The position numbers were made by a program, and so were the translations under genes. A model generated the notes under the pieces. That model did no database searches and was not told where the DNA came from. It saw only the letters and a list, made by a program, of their open reading frames with translations. Below are positions 1-10,216 of a stretch of DNA of 64,000 bases, piece by piece. Positions within the stretch are counted from its first letter, which is position 1, and each line of letters opens with the position of its first letter. The stretch lies in contig CAVAQZ010000001.1 in assembly GCA_963590945.1 (NCBI GenBank), positions 23,220 to 87,219 of the forward strand, given 5' to 3'. This stretch comes from Dysosmobacter segnis (GTDB taxonomy: Bacteria; Actinomycetota; Actinomycetes; Actinomycetales; Bifidobacteriaceae).

Positions 1-294
1 CAGTCGAAGCATATGACGTTTCACCGTCAGCAAGCATGGACGCACCGACGATGCGCAACCCGCCTCGCCCAACCGCGCCTAACCGAACCAACCGCAACCA
101 TGCATGCGGCGAAGTCGGCATGCGGGAGCACGTCAGACCAGCATGCGGATAGCGGGAACGGCTTGACGCCATGGTTTCGTAGTATTGAACAACGCATGTG
201 GCCGCCCACGAAGTCGTTTGGGGCCGGCTGGTCGACCTCAGGCGTGCATCAATCGAAATTGCAGAACCGTTCCATCATTGAGCGAGAGGTTGTT

Positions 295-1389
295 ATGTCC
301 GAAAAAATCAAGGTCGGCATTCTCGGAGCTACGGGCATGGTCGGACAGCGCTTCGTCACGCTGCTCGAAAACCATCCGTGGTTCGAAGTGGTCACTCTTG
401 CCGCGTCCGCACACAGCGCCGGCAAGACCTACGAAGAGGCCATCGGCGGTCGCTGGAAGATGGAAACCCCGATGCCGGAATTCGTCAAGACCATGGTGGT
501 CAAGAACGTGGCCGACGTGGAGGACGTGGTCAAGGACGTCGACTTCGTGTTCTCCGCGGTGAACATGCCGAAGGCCGAGATTCGCGCCATCGAGGAGGAA
601 TACGCGAAGACCGAGACCCCGGTCGTGTCCAACAACAGCGCGCATCGCTGGACCCCGGACGTGCCGATGGTGGTGCCGGAGATCAACCCGGAACATTACG
701 ACGTGATCGAGCACCAGCGCAAGCGTCTCGGCACCAAGCACGGCTTCATCGCGGTCAAGCCGAACTGCTCCATCCAGGCGTACACCCCGGCTCTGGCCGC
801 GTGGAAGGAATTCGAACCCCGTGAGGTGGTGGTGAGCACCTACCAGGCCATCTCCGGCGCCGGCAAGACGTTCGAGGACTGGCCCGAGATGCTGGGCAAC
901 ATCATTCCGTTCATCTCCGGCGAGGAAGAGAAGTCCGAGAAGGAGCCGCTCAAGGTCTTCGGCCATGTGGACGCCGAAAAGGGCGAGATCGTGCCGTTCG
1001 ACGGCCAGCTGCGCATCACCTCGCAGTGCATCCGCGTGCCCGTGCTCAACGGCCACACCGCCACGGTGTTCGTGAACTTCGCCAAGAACCCGACCAAGGA
1101 AGAGCTGATCGAACGCTTGGAGAGCTACACCAGCAAGGCAGCCGAACTTGGCCTGCCGCACGCTCCGAAGCAGTTCATCCAGTACTTGACCGACGACGAT
1201 CGTCCGCAGGTGAAGAAGGACGTGGACTACGAGGGCGGCATGGGCGTTTCCATCGGACGCCTTCGTGAGGATTCCATCTTCGATTGGAAGTTCGTCGGAC
1301 TTGCGCACAACACTCTGCGCGGCGCCGCAGGCGGAGCGCTGGAAAGCGCCGAAATGCTCAAGGCTCTCGGATACATCACCAGGAAGTGA
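295..1389 (+). CDS. asd: Aspartate-semialdehyde dehydrogenase
   Basis: GILGATGMVGQ NAD-binding motif, KPNCS catalytic Cys, HNTLRGAAG C-terminal motif; ATG at 295 after GAGAGG. Confidence 0.95.
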   Translation: MSEKIKVGILGATGMVGQRFVTLLENHPWFEVVTLAASAHSAGKTYEEAIGGRWKMETPMPEFVKTMVVKNVADVEDVVKDVDFVFSAVNMPKAEIRAIEEEYAKTETPVVSNNSAHRWTPDVPMVVPEINPEHYDVIEHQRKRLGTKHGFIAVKPNCSIQAYTPALAAWKEFEPREVVVSTYQAISGAGKTFEDWPEMLGNIIPFISGEEEKSEKEPLKVFGHVDAEKGEIVPFDGQLRITSQCIRVPVLNGHTATVFVNFAKNPTKEELIERLESYTSKAAELGLPHAPKQFIQYLTDDDRPQVKKDVDYEGGMGVSIGRLREDSIFDWKFVGLAHNTLRGAAGGALESAEMLKALGYITRK

Positions 1390-1410
1390 CGGAATAACGA
1401 ACGAGCCATA

Positions 1411-1460
1411 ACGGAAACCCCGTGGAGGAACTTCAGATCGGTTCCTTCACGGGGTTTCGT
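1411..1460. terminator. Hairpin between convergent asd and askB, probable bidirectional terminator
   Basis: GAAACCCCGTGGAGGAAC...GTTCCTTCACGGGGTTTC inverted repeat. Confidence 0.8.
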
Positions 1461-1511
1461 ATTCAGCCATGCGCGGCCGCATTCGGCCGTATGCAGCTAC
1501 GTCGCGGCGGG

Positions 1512-2078
1512 TCAGCGACCGGTGCCGCCGTACACCACGGCCTCAACCTGGTCGGCGTCGAGACCGTACGCCGTGTGCAGGGCCTTGACCGCGTCCTGCA
1601 GCTGCTCGAGCGGAACGAGGGCCGCGATGCGGATCTCGGATGTGGAGATCATCAGCACGTTCACGCCCTTGTCGCTCAACGCGTTGAAGAACTTGGCGGC
1701 CAGGCCGGAGTGGGTCTTCATGCCCACGCCCACCACAGCCACCTTGCCAACGTTGGCGTCGATGTCGAAGGACTGGTATCCCAGCTCATCCTGCTTGTCC
1801 TGCAGCACTTCCTGCACCTTGGCCGCGGCGGTGCCCGGCACGGTGAAGGAGATGTCGGCGGTGCCGGTGGAGGCGGACGCCTGCACGATCATGTCGACGT
1901 TCACGCCGGCTTCGGCCAGCATGGTGAACACCTTGGCGGCCATGCCCGGTTCGTTCGGCACGCGGCGAACGGTGGCCAGCGATTCGGTGTTGTCATGCGC
2001 GACGCCGGAGATGATCGGGACTTCCGGGCCGAGATCGGGGAACAGGTCTCCCAGGGACTGGTTGTTGTTTTCGCTCAT
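1512..2078 (-). CDS. askB: Aspartokinase regulatory (beta, ACT-domain) subunit
   Basis: ISGVAHD, PGMAAKVF...NVDMIVQ, VGVGMKTHSG, ISTSEIRI, VYGGTGR match the C-terminal ACT half of actinobacterial LysC. Confidence 0.9.
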   Translation of the reverse strand: MSENNNQSLGDLFPDLGPEVPIISGVAHDNTESLATVRRVPNEPGMAAKVFTMLAEAGVNVDMIVQASASTGTADISFTVPGTAAAKVQEVLQDKQDELGYQSFDIDANVGKVAVVGVGMKTHSGLAAKFFNALSDKGVNVLMISTSEIRIAALVPLEQLQDAVKALHTAYGLDADQVEAVVYGGTGR

Positions 2079-2150
2079 GTTCTTACCTTTGCTTGTAAAG
2101 TCTTGAGGTTTCGTGGTTTCGGCGAACGTTCGATGTTCGCCGAAGGTCGG

Positions 2151-2912
2151 TCAGATGTTCGGCAGGGTGCGCGGGTCGACGCCTTCCGGCACGATCAGAG
2201 TGCCGCGACGGTGGGAGAAGGAGCTGCGCACGTGCAGCGGCATGTTGAATCGCTGCGCGTATTCCACGCAGCGCAGGGCGAGCACCTTGGAACCGCAGGA
2301 CGACATTTCCAGCATCGACTCGTAATCGATCACCGGAATGCGGCGGGCGGCCGGAACGATTCGTGGATCGGCGGTGAACACGCCGTCGACGTCCGTGTAG
2401 ATCTCGCACACGTCCGCGTTCAGAGCCACCGCGAGCGCCACTGCGGAAGTGTCGGAGCCGCCACGTCCGAGCGTGGTGGCGTCGCCGCCTTCGTTCACGC
2501 CTTGGAATCCGGCCACGATGGCCACGGAGCCCTTATCGAGGGCGCGGCGCACACGATCCGGTTTCACGGCCTTGATGTGTGCGGTGCCGAACTGGGCGTC
2601 GGTCATGAAACCGGCCTGGGAACCGGTGAAGGAGTATGCATGGGAACCGGCCGCATGAATCGCCATGGCGAGCAAACTCATCGAAATACGCTCGCCTGCG
2701 GTCATCAGCATGTCCATTTCGCGCGCGGGCGGGTTGGAATCGATGCTGAGCGCCTGATCAATCAGGTCGTCGGTGGTGTCTCCCATTGCGGAGACCACGA
2801 CGGCCACGTCGTTGCCGGCGTTCTTCGTTTCGATGATGCGTCGGGCCACGCGCTTGATGGATTCTGGGTCGGCTACGGAAGAGCCGCCAAATTTCTGCAC
2901 GATGAGAGCCAC
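2151..2912 (-). CDS. askA: Aspartokinase catalytic domain (no ACT domains)
   Basis: [46 protein letters not shown] start. Confidence 0.95.
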   Translation of the reverse strand: MALIVQKFGGSSVADPESIKRVARRIIETKNAGNDVAVVVSAMGDTTDDLIDQALSIDSNPPAREMDMLMTAGERISMSLLAMAIHAAGSHAYSFTGSQAGFMTDAQFGTAHIKAVKPDRVRRALDKGSVAIVAGFQGVNEGGDATTLGRGGSDTSAVALAVALNADVCEIYTDVDGVFTADPRIVPAARRIPVIDYESMLEMSSCGSKVLALRCVEYAQRFNMPLHVRSSFSHRRGTLIVPEGVDPRTLPNI

Positions 2913-3020
2913 AACTTATCCAATCTTCTCAGTGTGTCGTTCGCCTGCGATATGGGCAGGCTGAACGATTATAGGAATATTCCGTTTTGCCGGGTCGCGC
3001 GGCGCCCAGCATACGGAATT

Positions 3021-3623
<603 letters not shown>

Positions 3624-3653
3624 GTGTCGTTCCCTTTCGTGGATGTGCGCCCG

Positions 3654-6260
3654 TCAGGAGTCGAGGCTCTTCTTGTGTTGCGTGTTGAGCGGGTTCTTCG
3701 GATCGTCGGATTTGAATTCCTCGACTTTTTTCACTTCGAACAGTCGGGTGAGGTCACTCACGCTCAATGCGGTGGACTGCCCTAACGATTCGTCGCTCAT
3801 GGAGTATTCGTCGTCTTCCGCCGCGACCTGTGGTTTCACGGGTTCCGCCGGAGCGAATTGCTGGTTCCATGGATCGTTCGCCGTCGGTTTCGCCGCGGGA
3901 TTCGCGGCATCGCCGCGCATGTCATGACGTTGGCCGTGGTGCGGATATCCGTCTGGGTTCGCATGACGCGCGGATTCCGGTGCGGATTCCGGTGCGGATT
4001 CCGGTGCCGGCTGTCGTTCGGGCTCGGCCGGCCCCGACTGCACCGGCATGGGAGCGCCCCATGGATCGTCGTCCGCTCCAGTCTGGTTTTCCGACATCGC
4101 GGATGCCGTCGGTGCGGAGCCCGGCATGGAATCCGTGGGTTCGGCAGTCGGCGCCATGGGGGCGCCCCATGGATCGTCGTCCTCGGCGGGCGCGGGTTGC
4201 GAAGCCGGAGCGGAGGGCCGCTGCGCGATCGGCCGCGCGTCCGCTTGTGGCATCGGCTGCGGGACGGGTTTCGGCGCGGTCACACCCCATGGGTCCGTCT
4301 CGTCTTGGTCGGAGGCGTTCGAATGGCTTCGGTGGGCCTCCTCGTCGGTGGGTTCGCTTTCTTCCTGGGATTTCCGCCCGTCGGACTTCTCGCCGCTTTC
4401 GAAGGAAGAGGCATTGCCGAGATTCGCGGTCAGCAGGGTCGCGGTCTTGAGCTGTTCCTGCACGAGTTGCGCGTTGATTTTGCTCTGCTCTTCCGGGCTG
4501 AGTTTGCTCCACGGAATGGCCTGCGTGCCGTCGCCCAGTTTCTTCGCCGGCATGAGCGTGGTCTGCGGGCCGAACGTCTTGCGCACTTCGGCGCGCAGGA
4601 TCTTCACCACGTCATTCGTGCCGTCCACTTCCTCCTTGGCCACGGCTTTGGCGAACGCGTACTTGCTCAGGGCCTTGTCGAATTTGATCCACAGTCGGTT
4701 CGATTTTTCGTCGAACAGCACGCGCGGAACCTTGGTGCGGTCCACATAGCGGCGCACGTCGTCCGGCAGGCCCGACACGATCGCGTCCCACTTTTCGTCG
4801 GGAGTGCGATTGTCCTGCATGGCGGATGTGGAGTCCGCAACGTTCGCGGCGTCCATTCCGGATCGCGCATCGTCATCCGACGATCCCATCGCCTGTTCCA
4901 CGGCGGCGAGCACGGAGGCCGCGCCGGAGACGACCGCGTCGGCGACGTTCGTCGGGGCGGCGGACGGCTGTACGGAACGCACGGGTTGGGCCGCGACGGG
5001 TTCGGCGGAAGCGCCCTGGGCCGCTCTGCGTCGGGAGCCGGCCATGGACGGCCGCTGCGGGCCGGATTGCGGGGAAGCGGCGGAATCGCCCGAAACCGCC
5101 GGAACGGGCATGCCGGAGGTCGGCGCGTCTCCGGCGGAGGCGGAGCCGAGGTTCTGCTCGCGTCCGGCCAGCAGGCGGGCGGCGAGGAGCTCCAATCGCA
5201 TGCGGGGCGAGATGGCGCCGTTCATATTGGCGAGCGTGGCGTTGATCGTATCGGCCATCGATGCGAGCGCGGCCAGCCCCAGCGAGGAGGCTTGTCGGCG
5301 CAGATCGTCCATGTTTTCGGCCGCGGCGTCGTCGGAGAGCACGCTTTCGGCGCGCTCCCCGCCCAACGTGAGCACCAGCAGGTCTCGCACGCGGGACAGC
5401 AGGTCCTCCACGAATCGGCGGGGATCGAATCCTCCGACCACGACTTTCTGAATCACCCCGTACAGCGCTTCGCCGTTTTTGTCGACGACCGCGTCGACGG
5501 CCTCGCCGATGAGCGCGTCCGGGGTGAAGCCCAGCAGCGCGACCGCGGAATCGTAGGGGATCTCGCCGTCCACGGCGCCGACCATCAGCTGGTCGAGCAC
5601 GGAGAGCGTGTCTCGCACGGAGCCGCCGCCGGAACGCATGGCCAGACGCAGCACGCCCGGTTCCGCTTCGATGTTCTCGTTGCCGCAGACCTGTTCCAGA
5701 TACGGGCCCATGATCTCCTGCGGCACGAGGCGGAACGGATAGTGGTGGGTGCGCGAGCGGATGGTCCCGATCACCTTGTCCGGTTCGGTGGTGGCGAAGA
5801 TGAACATGACGTGTTCCGGCGGCTCCTCCACGATTTTCAGCAGCGCGTTGAAGCCTTGCGGCGTGACCATGTGGGCCTCGTCGAGGATGAAGATCTTGTA
5901 GCGGTCGCGCGCGGGGGCGAATCCGGCCCGTTCGCGCAGTTCGCGGGCGTCGTCGACGCCGTTGTGCGAGGCCGCGTCGATTTCCACGACGTCGATCGAT
6001 CCGGGGCCTCCGGTGGCCAGGTCGCGGCAGCTTTCGCATTCGCCGCACGGATGCGAGGTGGGCCCCTGCTCGCAGTTGACGCAGCGCGCGAGGATGCGTG
6101 CGGACGACGTCTTGCCGCAGCCTCGCGGTCCGGAGAACAGGTAGGCGTGCGTGAGCTTGTGCTCGTCGAGCGCGCGCATCAGCGGGACGGTGACCTGGTC
6201 TTGCCCGATCACGCCTTCGAAAGTGTCGGGACGATACCTTCTGTACAGTGCCAATGCCAT
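3654..6260 (-). CDS. dnaX: DNA polymerase III subunit gamma/tau with long low-complexity C-terminus
   Basis: ALYRRYRP, GPRGCGKT Walker A, PCGECESC, EIDAAS, LDEAHM; likely start ATG 6260 after GGAAGG. Confidence 0.95.
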   Translation of the reverse strand: MALALYRRYRPDTFEGVIGQDQVTVPLMRALDEHKLTHAYLFSGPRGCGKTSSARILARCVNCEQGPTSHPCGECESCRDLATGGPGSIDVVEIDAASHNGVDDARELRERAGFAPARDRYKIFILDEAHMVTPQGFNALLKIVEEPPEHVMFIFATTEPDKVIGTIRSRTHHYPFRLVPQEIMGPYLEQVCGNENIEAEPGVLRLAMRSGGGSVRDTLSVLDQLMVGAVDGEIPYDSAVALLGFTPDALIGEAVDAVVDKNGEALYGVIQKVVVGGFDPRRFVEDLLSRVRDLLVLTLGGERAESVLSDDAAAENMDDLRRQASSLGLAALASMADTINATLANMNGAISPRMRLELLAARLLAGREQNLGSASAGDAPTSGMPVPAVSGDSAASPQSGPQRPSMAGSRRRAAQGASAEPVAAQPVRSVQPSAAPTNVADAVVSGAASVLAAVEQAMGSSDDDARSGMDAANVADSTSAMQDNRTPDEKWDAIVSGLPDDVRRYVDRTKVPRVLFDEKSNRLWIKFDKALSKYAFAKAVAKEEVDGTNDVVKILRAEVRKTFGPQTTLMPAKKLGDGTQAIPWSKLSPEEQSKINAQLVQEQLKTATLLTANLGNASSFESGEKSDGRKSQEESEPTDEEAHRSHSNASDQDETDPWGVTAPKPVPQPMPQADARPIAQRPSAPASQPAPAEDDDPWGAPMAPTAEPTDSMPGSAPTASAMSENQTGADDDPWGAPMPVQSGPAEPERQPAPESAPESAPESARHANPDGYPHHGQRHDMRGDAANPAAKPTANDPWNQQFAPAEPVKPQVAAEDDEYSMSDESLGQSTALSVSDLTRLFEVKKVEEFKSDDPKNPLNTQHKKSLDS
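3970..4007. repeat. 12-bp tandem repeat x3 in dnaX (APES)
   Basis: (GCGGATTCCGGT)3. Confidence 0.9.
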
Positions 6261-6389
6261 CGTGTTTTCCTTCCGCAGTAACGTCACTAGGCTACCGATT
6301 AAATACGACACGGCACACCCCGCAAGCGATTGTTTTTCCAACGGTTCCGCTCGACTCGCGCGCGGAGCGAGGAACGGCCCGCGCGAAAT

Positions 6390-6451
6390 TTGACGCGGTG
6401 TCAATTTTGGGATTAGACTTGATTTCGTCAAGAGATTGACGGAGTGTCAAT
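6390..6451. promoter_or_regulatory. Two palindromic operators TTGAC-N5-GTCAA, probable TetR autoregulatory sites
   Basis: TTGACGCGGTGTCAA at 6390-6404 and ATTGACGGAGTGTCAAT at 6435-6451, upstream of the TetR gene. Confidence 0.65.
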
Positions 6452-6496
6452 ATGTCGCGGAAACGCGAAACGCCACTCGCATGAAGGAGAAGAACG

Positions 6497-7090
6497 ATGG
6501 GCGCAACCACGCAGCCAGCGATCACGGTCGGAGACGCGCGACGTCAGCAGATCGTGCACGCAGCCCGCCAGATCTGCCTCGAAAAGGGTTTCTCGAAGAT
6601 CACGGTCAGCGACATAGCCGGCCGCGTCGGCATGACCAGATCGCTCTTCTACCACTATTTCCAAGACAAAGACGAGGTTGCGGACGCCGTCCTGGACGAC
6701 GTCATCGGCGAAGTCATATCGCACCTGGAAGAGTGGAACGCCCAACGCGAGGTAGGCAACATCTCGAAAGCGCTCGACGACGTGGTGCGGCTCACCCGAT
6801 CGCTCATCAAAGAGGACGGACCGTTCAGCCAACGCATGATCGAGGACGGGAACGCGGGACTGTACATCAAGTTCATCGACCGCGCGGCCGACCGCATCGC
6901 CGAATACATCTGCGCATCCACCGTGCGCGATTTCGAGAAGATGCACGGACTGCCGATAACCAACGAGCATGAAACCTTCTACACGCTCATCGTCGGCCTG
7001 ATCTCGCTGATCAGACTGCATCCCGGCACCGAGGACTCCGTCGTCAGGCAGGTCGCGGCACAGACGCTGCACCTGAACGAATACATGTGA
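6497..7090 (+). CDS. TetR/AcrR family transcriptional regulator
   Basis: KGFSKITVSDIAGRVGMTRSLFYHYFQDK HTH; RBS AAGGAG. Confidence 0.92.
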   Translation: MGATTQPAITVGDARRQQIVHAARQICLEKGFSKITVSDIAGRVGMTRSLFYHYFQDKDEVADAVLDDVIGEVISHLEEWNAQREVGNISKALDDVVRLTRSLIKEDGPFSQRMIEDGNAGLYIKFIDRAADRIAEYICASTVRDFEKMHGLPITNEHETFYTLIVGLISLIRLHPGTEDSVVRQVAAQTLHLNEYM

Positions 7091-7134
7091 CGCGAACCGT
7101 TTCGCGAACCATGTGAGGAGAGAAAGGATTAGCG

Positions 7135-8121
7135 ATGCTGTTCCAAGTCTATGGAGACACCGCCGTATACCAGTGGATCGGCTGGTTCCTTGTTTTCGGC
7201 TGTCTGATCGGGGCCAACGAGCTGGCCCGACGGACCAAAACCGGCGGAATCGTGGCGTTCCTGATCGTTCCGGCGATCCTGACCGTCTACTTCATCACCA
7301 TCTACGTGGCCGCCGCGGCCGGAGCCGAATGGGCGCTGAGCAACCCGACCTACGTGCACATGACCAGCTGGTTCCACTACGCGAAGCTGTACGCCGCCAC
7401 CGCCGGCTGCATCGGCTTCATGGCGCTGAAGTACAAGTGGGGCAGCATCGGCAAGTCCGAATGGTTCAAGTGCTTCCCGTTCGTGATCGTGGCCATCAAC
7501 ATCCTCATCGCCGTGGTCTCCGACTTCGAGTCCGCCATCCGCGCATGGGGCACCACCTGGATCTCCACTGAGGGCGTGACCCTGTACGGCGGCTGGCACA
7601 ACGTGTTCAACGGCGTGGCAGGCCTCATCAACATCGCCTGCATGACCGGCTGGTTCGGCATCTACGTTTCCAAGAGGAAGCAGGACATGCTGTGGCCCGA
7701 CATGACGTGGGTGTTCATCGTGGCATACGATCTGTGGAACTTCTGCTACACCTACAACTGCCTGCCCACCCACTCCTGGTATTGCGGCCTGGCGCTGCTG
7801 CTGGCCCCGACCGTGGCCAACTTCTTCTGGAACAAGGGCGGCTGGATCCAGAACCGCGCCAACACGCTGGCCATCTGGTGCATGTTCGCGCAGGTGTTCC
7901 CGGCCTTCCAGGACGAATCCAAGTTCGCCGTGCAGTCGGTGAACAACCCGAACGTGAACCTGACGATATCCCTCATCGCGCTCGTGGCCAACATCCTCGC
8001 CTTCGGCTACATCATGTACCGCGCCAAGAAGCAGCACGTGAACCCGTGGCTGCAGGAGGTGTTCTCCGGCACCAAGGACTTCGAGCAGGCCATGGCCCGC
8101 CGCGAGGATCTGGCCGCCTGA
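7135..8121 (+). CDS. Polytopic membrane protein of unknown function (DUF5692-like)
   Basis: Multiple hydrophobic helices, Trp-rich motifs (WFHYAK, DMLWPDM, WIQNRA), strong GC3 bias, RBS GAAAGGA. Confidence 0.75.
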   Translation: MLFQVYGDTAVYQWIGWFLVFGCLIGANELARRTKTGGIVAFLIVPAILTVYFITIYVAAAAGAEWALSNPTYVHMTSWFHYAKLYAATAGCIGFMALKYKWGSIGKSEWFKCFPFVIVAINILIAVVSDFESAIRAWGTTWISTEGVTLYGGWHNVFNGVAGLINIACMTGWFGIYVSKRKQDMLWPDMTWVFIVAYDLWNFCYTYNCLPTHSWYCGLALLLAPTVANFFWNKGGWIQNRANTLAIWCMFAQVFPAFQDESKFAVQSVNNPNVNLTISLIALVANILAFGYIMYRAKKQHVNPWLQEVFSGTKDFEQAMARREDLAA

Positions 8122-8332
8122 ACGACGCCGGTCATGAACACCGGACGGTGACCACACAATCAGCAACCAGTCGGGGCCGGCGAAGGCCGGCCCCTCTCCC
8201 AATCGACGTGAATCACGTTGCCCTGGTATTCGACATGCGCGGTCAGTTGCGTATTGTCGGCTGCACTGACCAATTGGTTGCGGCCGATTTCGTGCCCGTC
8301 GACCAGTAACGCCACGGATGCGGTAATGGACG

Positions 8333-9553
8333 TCAGTCGAGGAACTCACCGGTCAGAGGATCGCGATGGTCTCGTTCGATGGCCGCCGCAACGGTTTCAT
8401 CACCGTTTTCGGACCGGCCTGCCGCGACCGCGGGCGGAACGAGCACCCGCAAGGCACGGTCCTGCACCGCGACTTTGACCGGCATACGGCCCACGTATTC
8501 GCCGTCGGCCATCATCACCGGCGGTTCCGCACCGTCCTGCGCTTTGGTGATTTCGATTTCACGCACGCGTTTCCAGCCGAACGCCTTGCTGCCGAGCAGC
8601 CTTCCGTGGTAGGCGCGCATGATCGCGTCGACGCATTCCATGAAGTTCGGTACATGATCGAGCCACACCAAATCCAGCATGCCGTCCGAGAACCGCGAGT
8701 ATGGAGAGACCTCGATCCCTCCGCCGATATGCCTGGAATTGGCCACCGTGAGCAGCGGTGAGATGACGTCTCGTTCCTCCACGGAACCGTCCGCCAGCGT
8801 GGCTTTGATGTGGTATCCGTACCGTCGCATATGCGTCAGTTCCACGATCACGGCGGCGAAGTAACGCAGAGAGCCATTGGGCAGATGGGAATGATTCGCA
8901 CGATCGTTGATGCTCGCATCCAAACCGCACGACAGCATGCCCGCGTAGAAACGGTTGATCGCCGTGCGTTTCACCGTGGCGGAGCCTTGCGGAGTGGCAG
9001 GACTGCATGACGTGACGGAACCGCACGAATCGCCATCGTTCTCACGTCCATTCCCGTTCTTGTGCCCGCACTCATCCCTACTCCCGTCTTCACCGAAGCT
9101 GGGATCGACGGCATATCCGCCCGGCAGCGATGTCGCCAAGCCCATATCAACGTCGATATACGTGCCGCGCACTATCGCGCCGACTATGCCTTCCACCGCC
9201 GTATTCACGCGATTGACAGGCAGATTCAACCCCCGCGCAAAATCGTTTCCAGACCCGGTGGCCACAATGCCCAGTGGTTTTCCGGAAAGCCCGACCGCAT
9301 TGGCTCCGAGAGCGATCATGCCATCTCCGCCGACCACCACAAGATAGTCGTATTCGTCTTTTCGGGTTCTGGCGTTCCGCAAGGAATCCTCGAAACTCAG
9401 TCCGGTTACGTCAATCACATCGAAACCGTGCTTCGCCCCCGCTTCCTGAAGCAGGCGTACCACCTGTTCGCCGACTTTGGCGCCCTTGCCCTTGTTCGAC
9501 GTCGGATTCCCGACCACGGCAACTGTCATGCTCGTACGTGACGTTTCACTCAT
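8333..9553 (-). CDS. Diacylglycerol/lipid kinase family protein
   Basis: NPTS, VVGGDG, GSGNDFAR, GLDA, ADGE motifs. Confidence 0.88.
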   Translation of the reverse strand: MSETSRTSMTVAVVGNPTSNKGKGAKVGEQVVRLLQEAGAKHGFDVIDVTGLSFEDSLRNARTRKDEYDYLVVVGGDGMIALGANAVGLSGKPLGIVATGSGNDFARGLNLPVNRVNTAVEGIVGAIVRGTYIDVDMGLATSLPGGYAVDPSFGEDGSRDECGHKNGNGRENDGDSCGSVTSCSPATPQGSATVKRTAINRFYAGMLSCGLDASINDRANHSHLPNGSLRYFAAVIVELTHMRRYGYHIKATLADGSVEERDVISPLLTVANSRHIGGGIEVSPYSRFSDGMLDLVWLDHVPNFMECVDAIMRAYHGRLLGSKAFGWKRVREIEITKAQDGAEPPVMMADGEYVGRMPVKVAVQDRALRVLVPPAVAAGRSENGDETVAAAIERDHRDPLTGEFLD

Positions 9554-9718
9554 ATCTCAGTACGATAACCGCGTTTCCCGCCACACGCCACATGCCGCCG
9601 TCCAATACAGACAGCCGTACGCAATCCGTTGGATTTGTTGGGTTGCATACAATCGGCCCATGATCATTGGGATTGGCCCGGCAGGCAATCCGTCGGATTC
9701 ACTCAGTTGCCCGCAATC

Positions 9719-10198
9719 TCAACCGCATTCGATTGGTCCCGCACGAGATCTTCGGCTCACTTCCGGCACGAGCGGCACACTCGTGCTTATCGTGGCCGCA
9801 ACGATCACATCCTCGTCTTCCAACGAACATGATTCGAGTGCCACATCATTGCCGGAAAGCGTACGTTCCGCGGCCGCACATGGATCGGCATCGCCATCAT
9901 AGAGGGCCCGAGCCGCAGCGACCGATGCCAGGTCGGCCATGTTCTGCACGCGATGCAGACACAGCAGCAGATTGCCGGCCGATGCCACTGTGGCAAGCAT
10001 GATGGCCGCCACCGCGATCAGAGCGACACCGGAGATGGTTCCGGCCCCCTCGTCATCGTGCCATGCCAGACACTTGACGAAACGTTTCACGCATCTTTCA
10101 TTCGACCGTTTTGCAGATTGTTCCGCAGAACGTTCCACATGACATTTCATAAAGCATTTCGAATCTTGTTTCACACAGTGTTTCACACGACCGTTCAT
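9719..10198 (-). CDS. Tad pseudopilin (TadF/TadG-like, Rv3654c family); start uncertain
   Basis: DEG|AGT prepilin-like site, hydrophobic helix, ADLASVAAA, C..C, SRAGP C-terminus. Confidence 0.8.
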   Translation of the reverse strand: MNGRVKHCVKQDSKCFMKCHVERSAEQSAKRSNERCVKRFVKCLAWHDDEGAGTISGVALIAVAAIMLATVASAGNLLLCLHRVQNMADLASVAAARALYDGDADPCAAAERTLSGNDVALESCSLEDEDVIVAATISTSVPLVPEVSRRSRAGPIECG

Positions 10199-10216
10199 TT
10201 CATTTGCATCTCCTTT

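Noticed and set aside
1512..2912. Aspartokinase as a nonsense pseudogene, or UGA as selenocysteine
   Set aside because: The break falls at the domain boundary, both halves are intact and askB has its own RBS; the UGA is not at a catalytic Cys position
3654..6260. E. coli-type dnaX programmed frameshift
   Set aside because: No A AAA AAG or poly-A slippery run noticed after the clamp-loader domains
3858..6281. Long antisense ORFs (also 1422-3149, 21947-23575, 27051-29267, 35814-37358, 50298-51908, 62073-63758)
   Set aside because: Shadow frames opposite well-supported genes, as expected in high-GC DNA; no motifs or RBS
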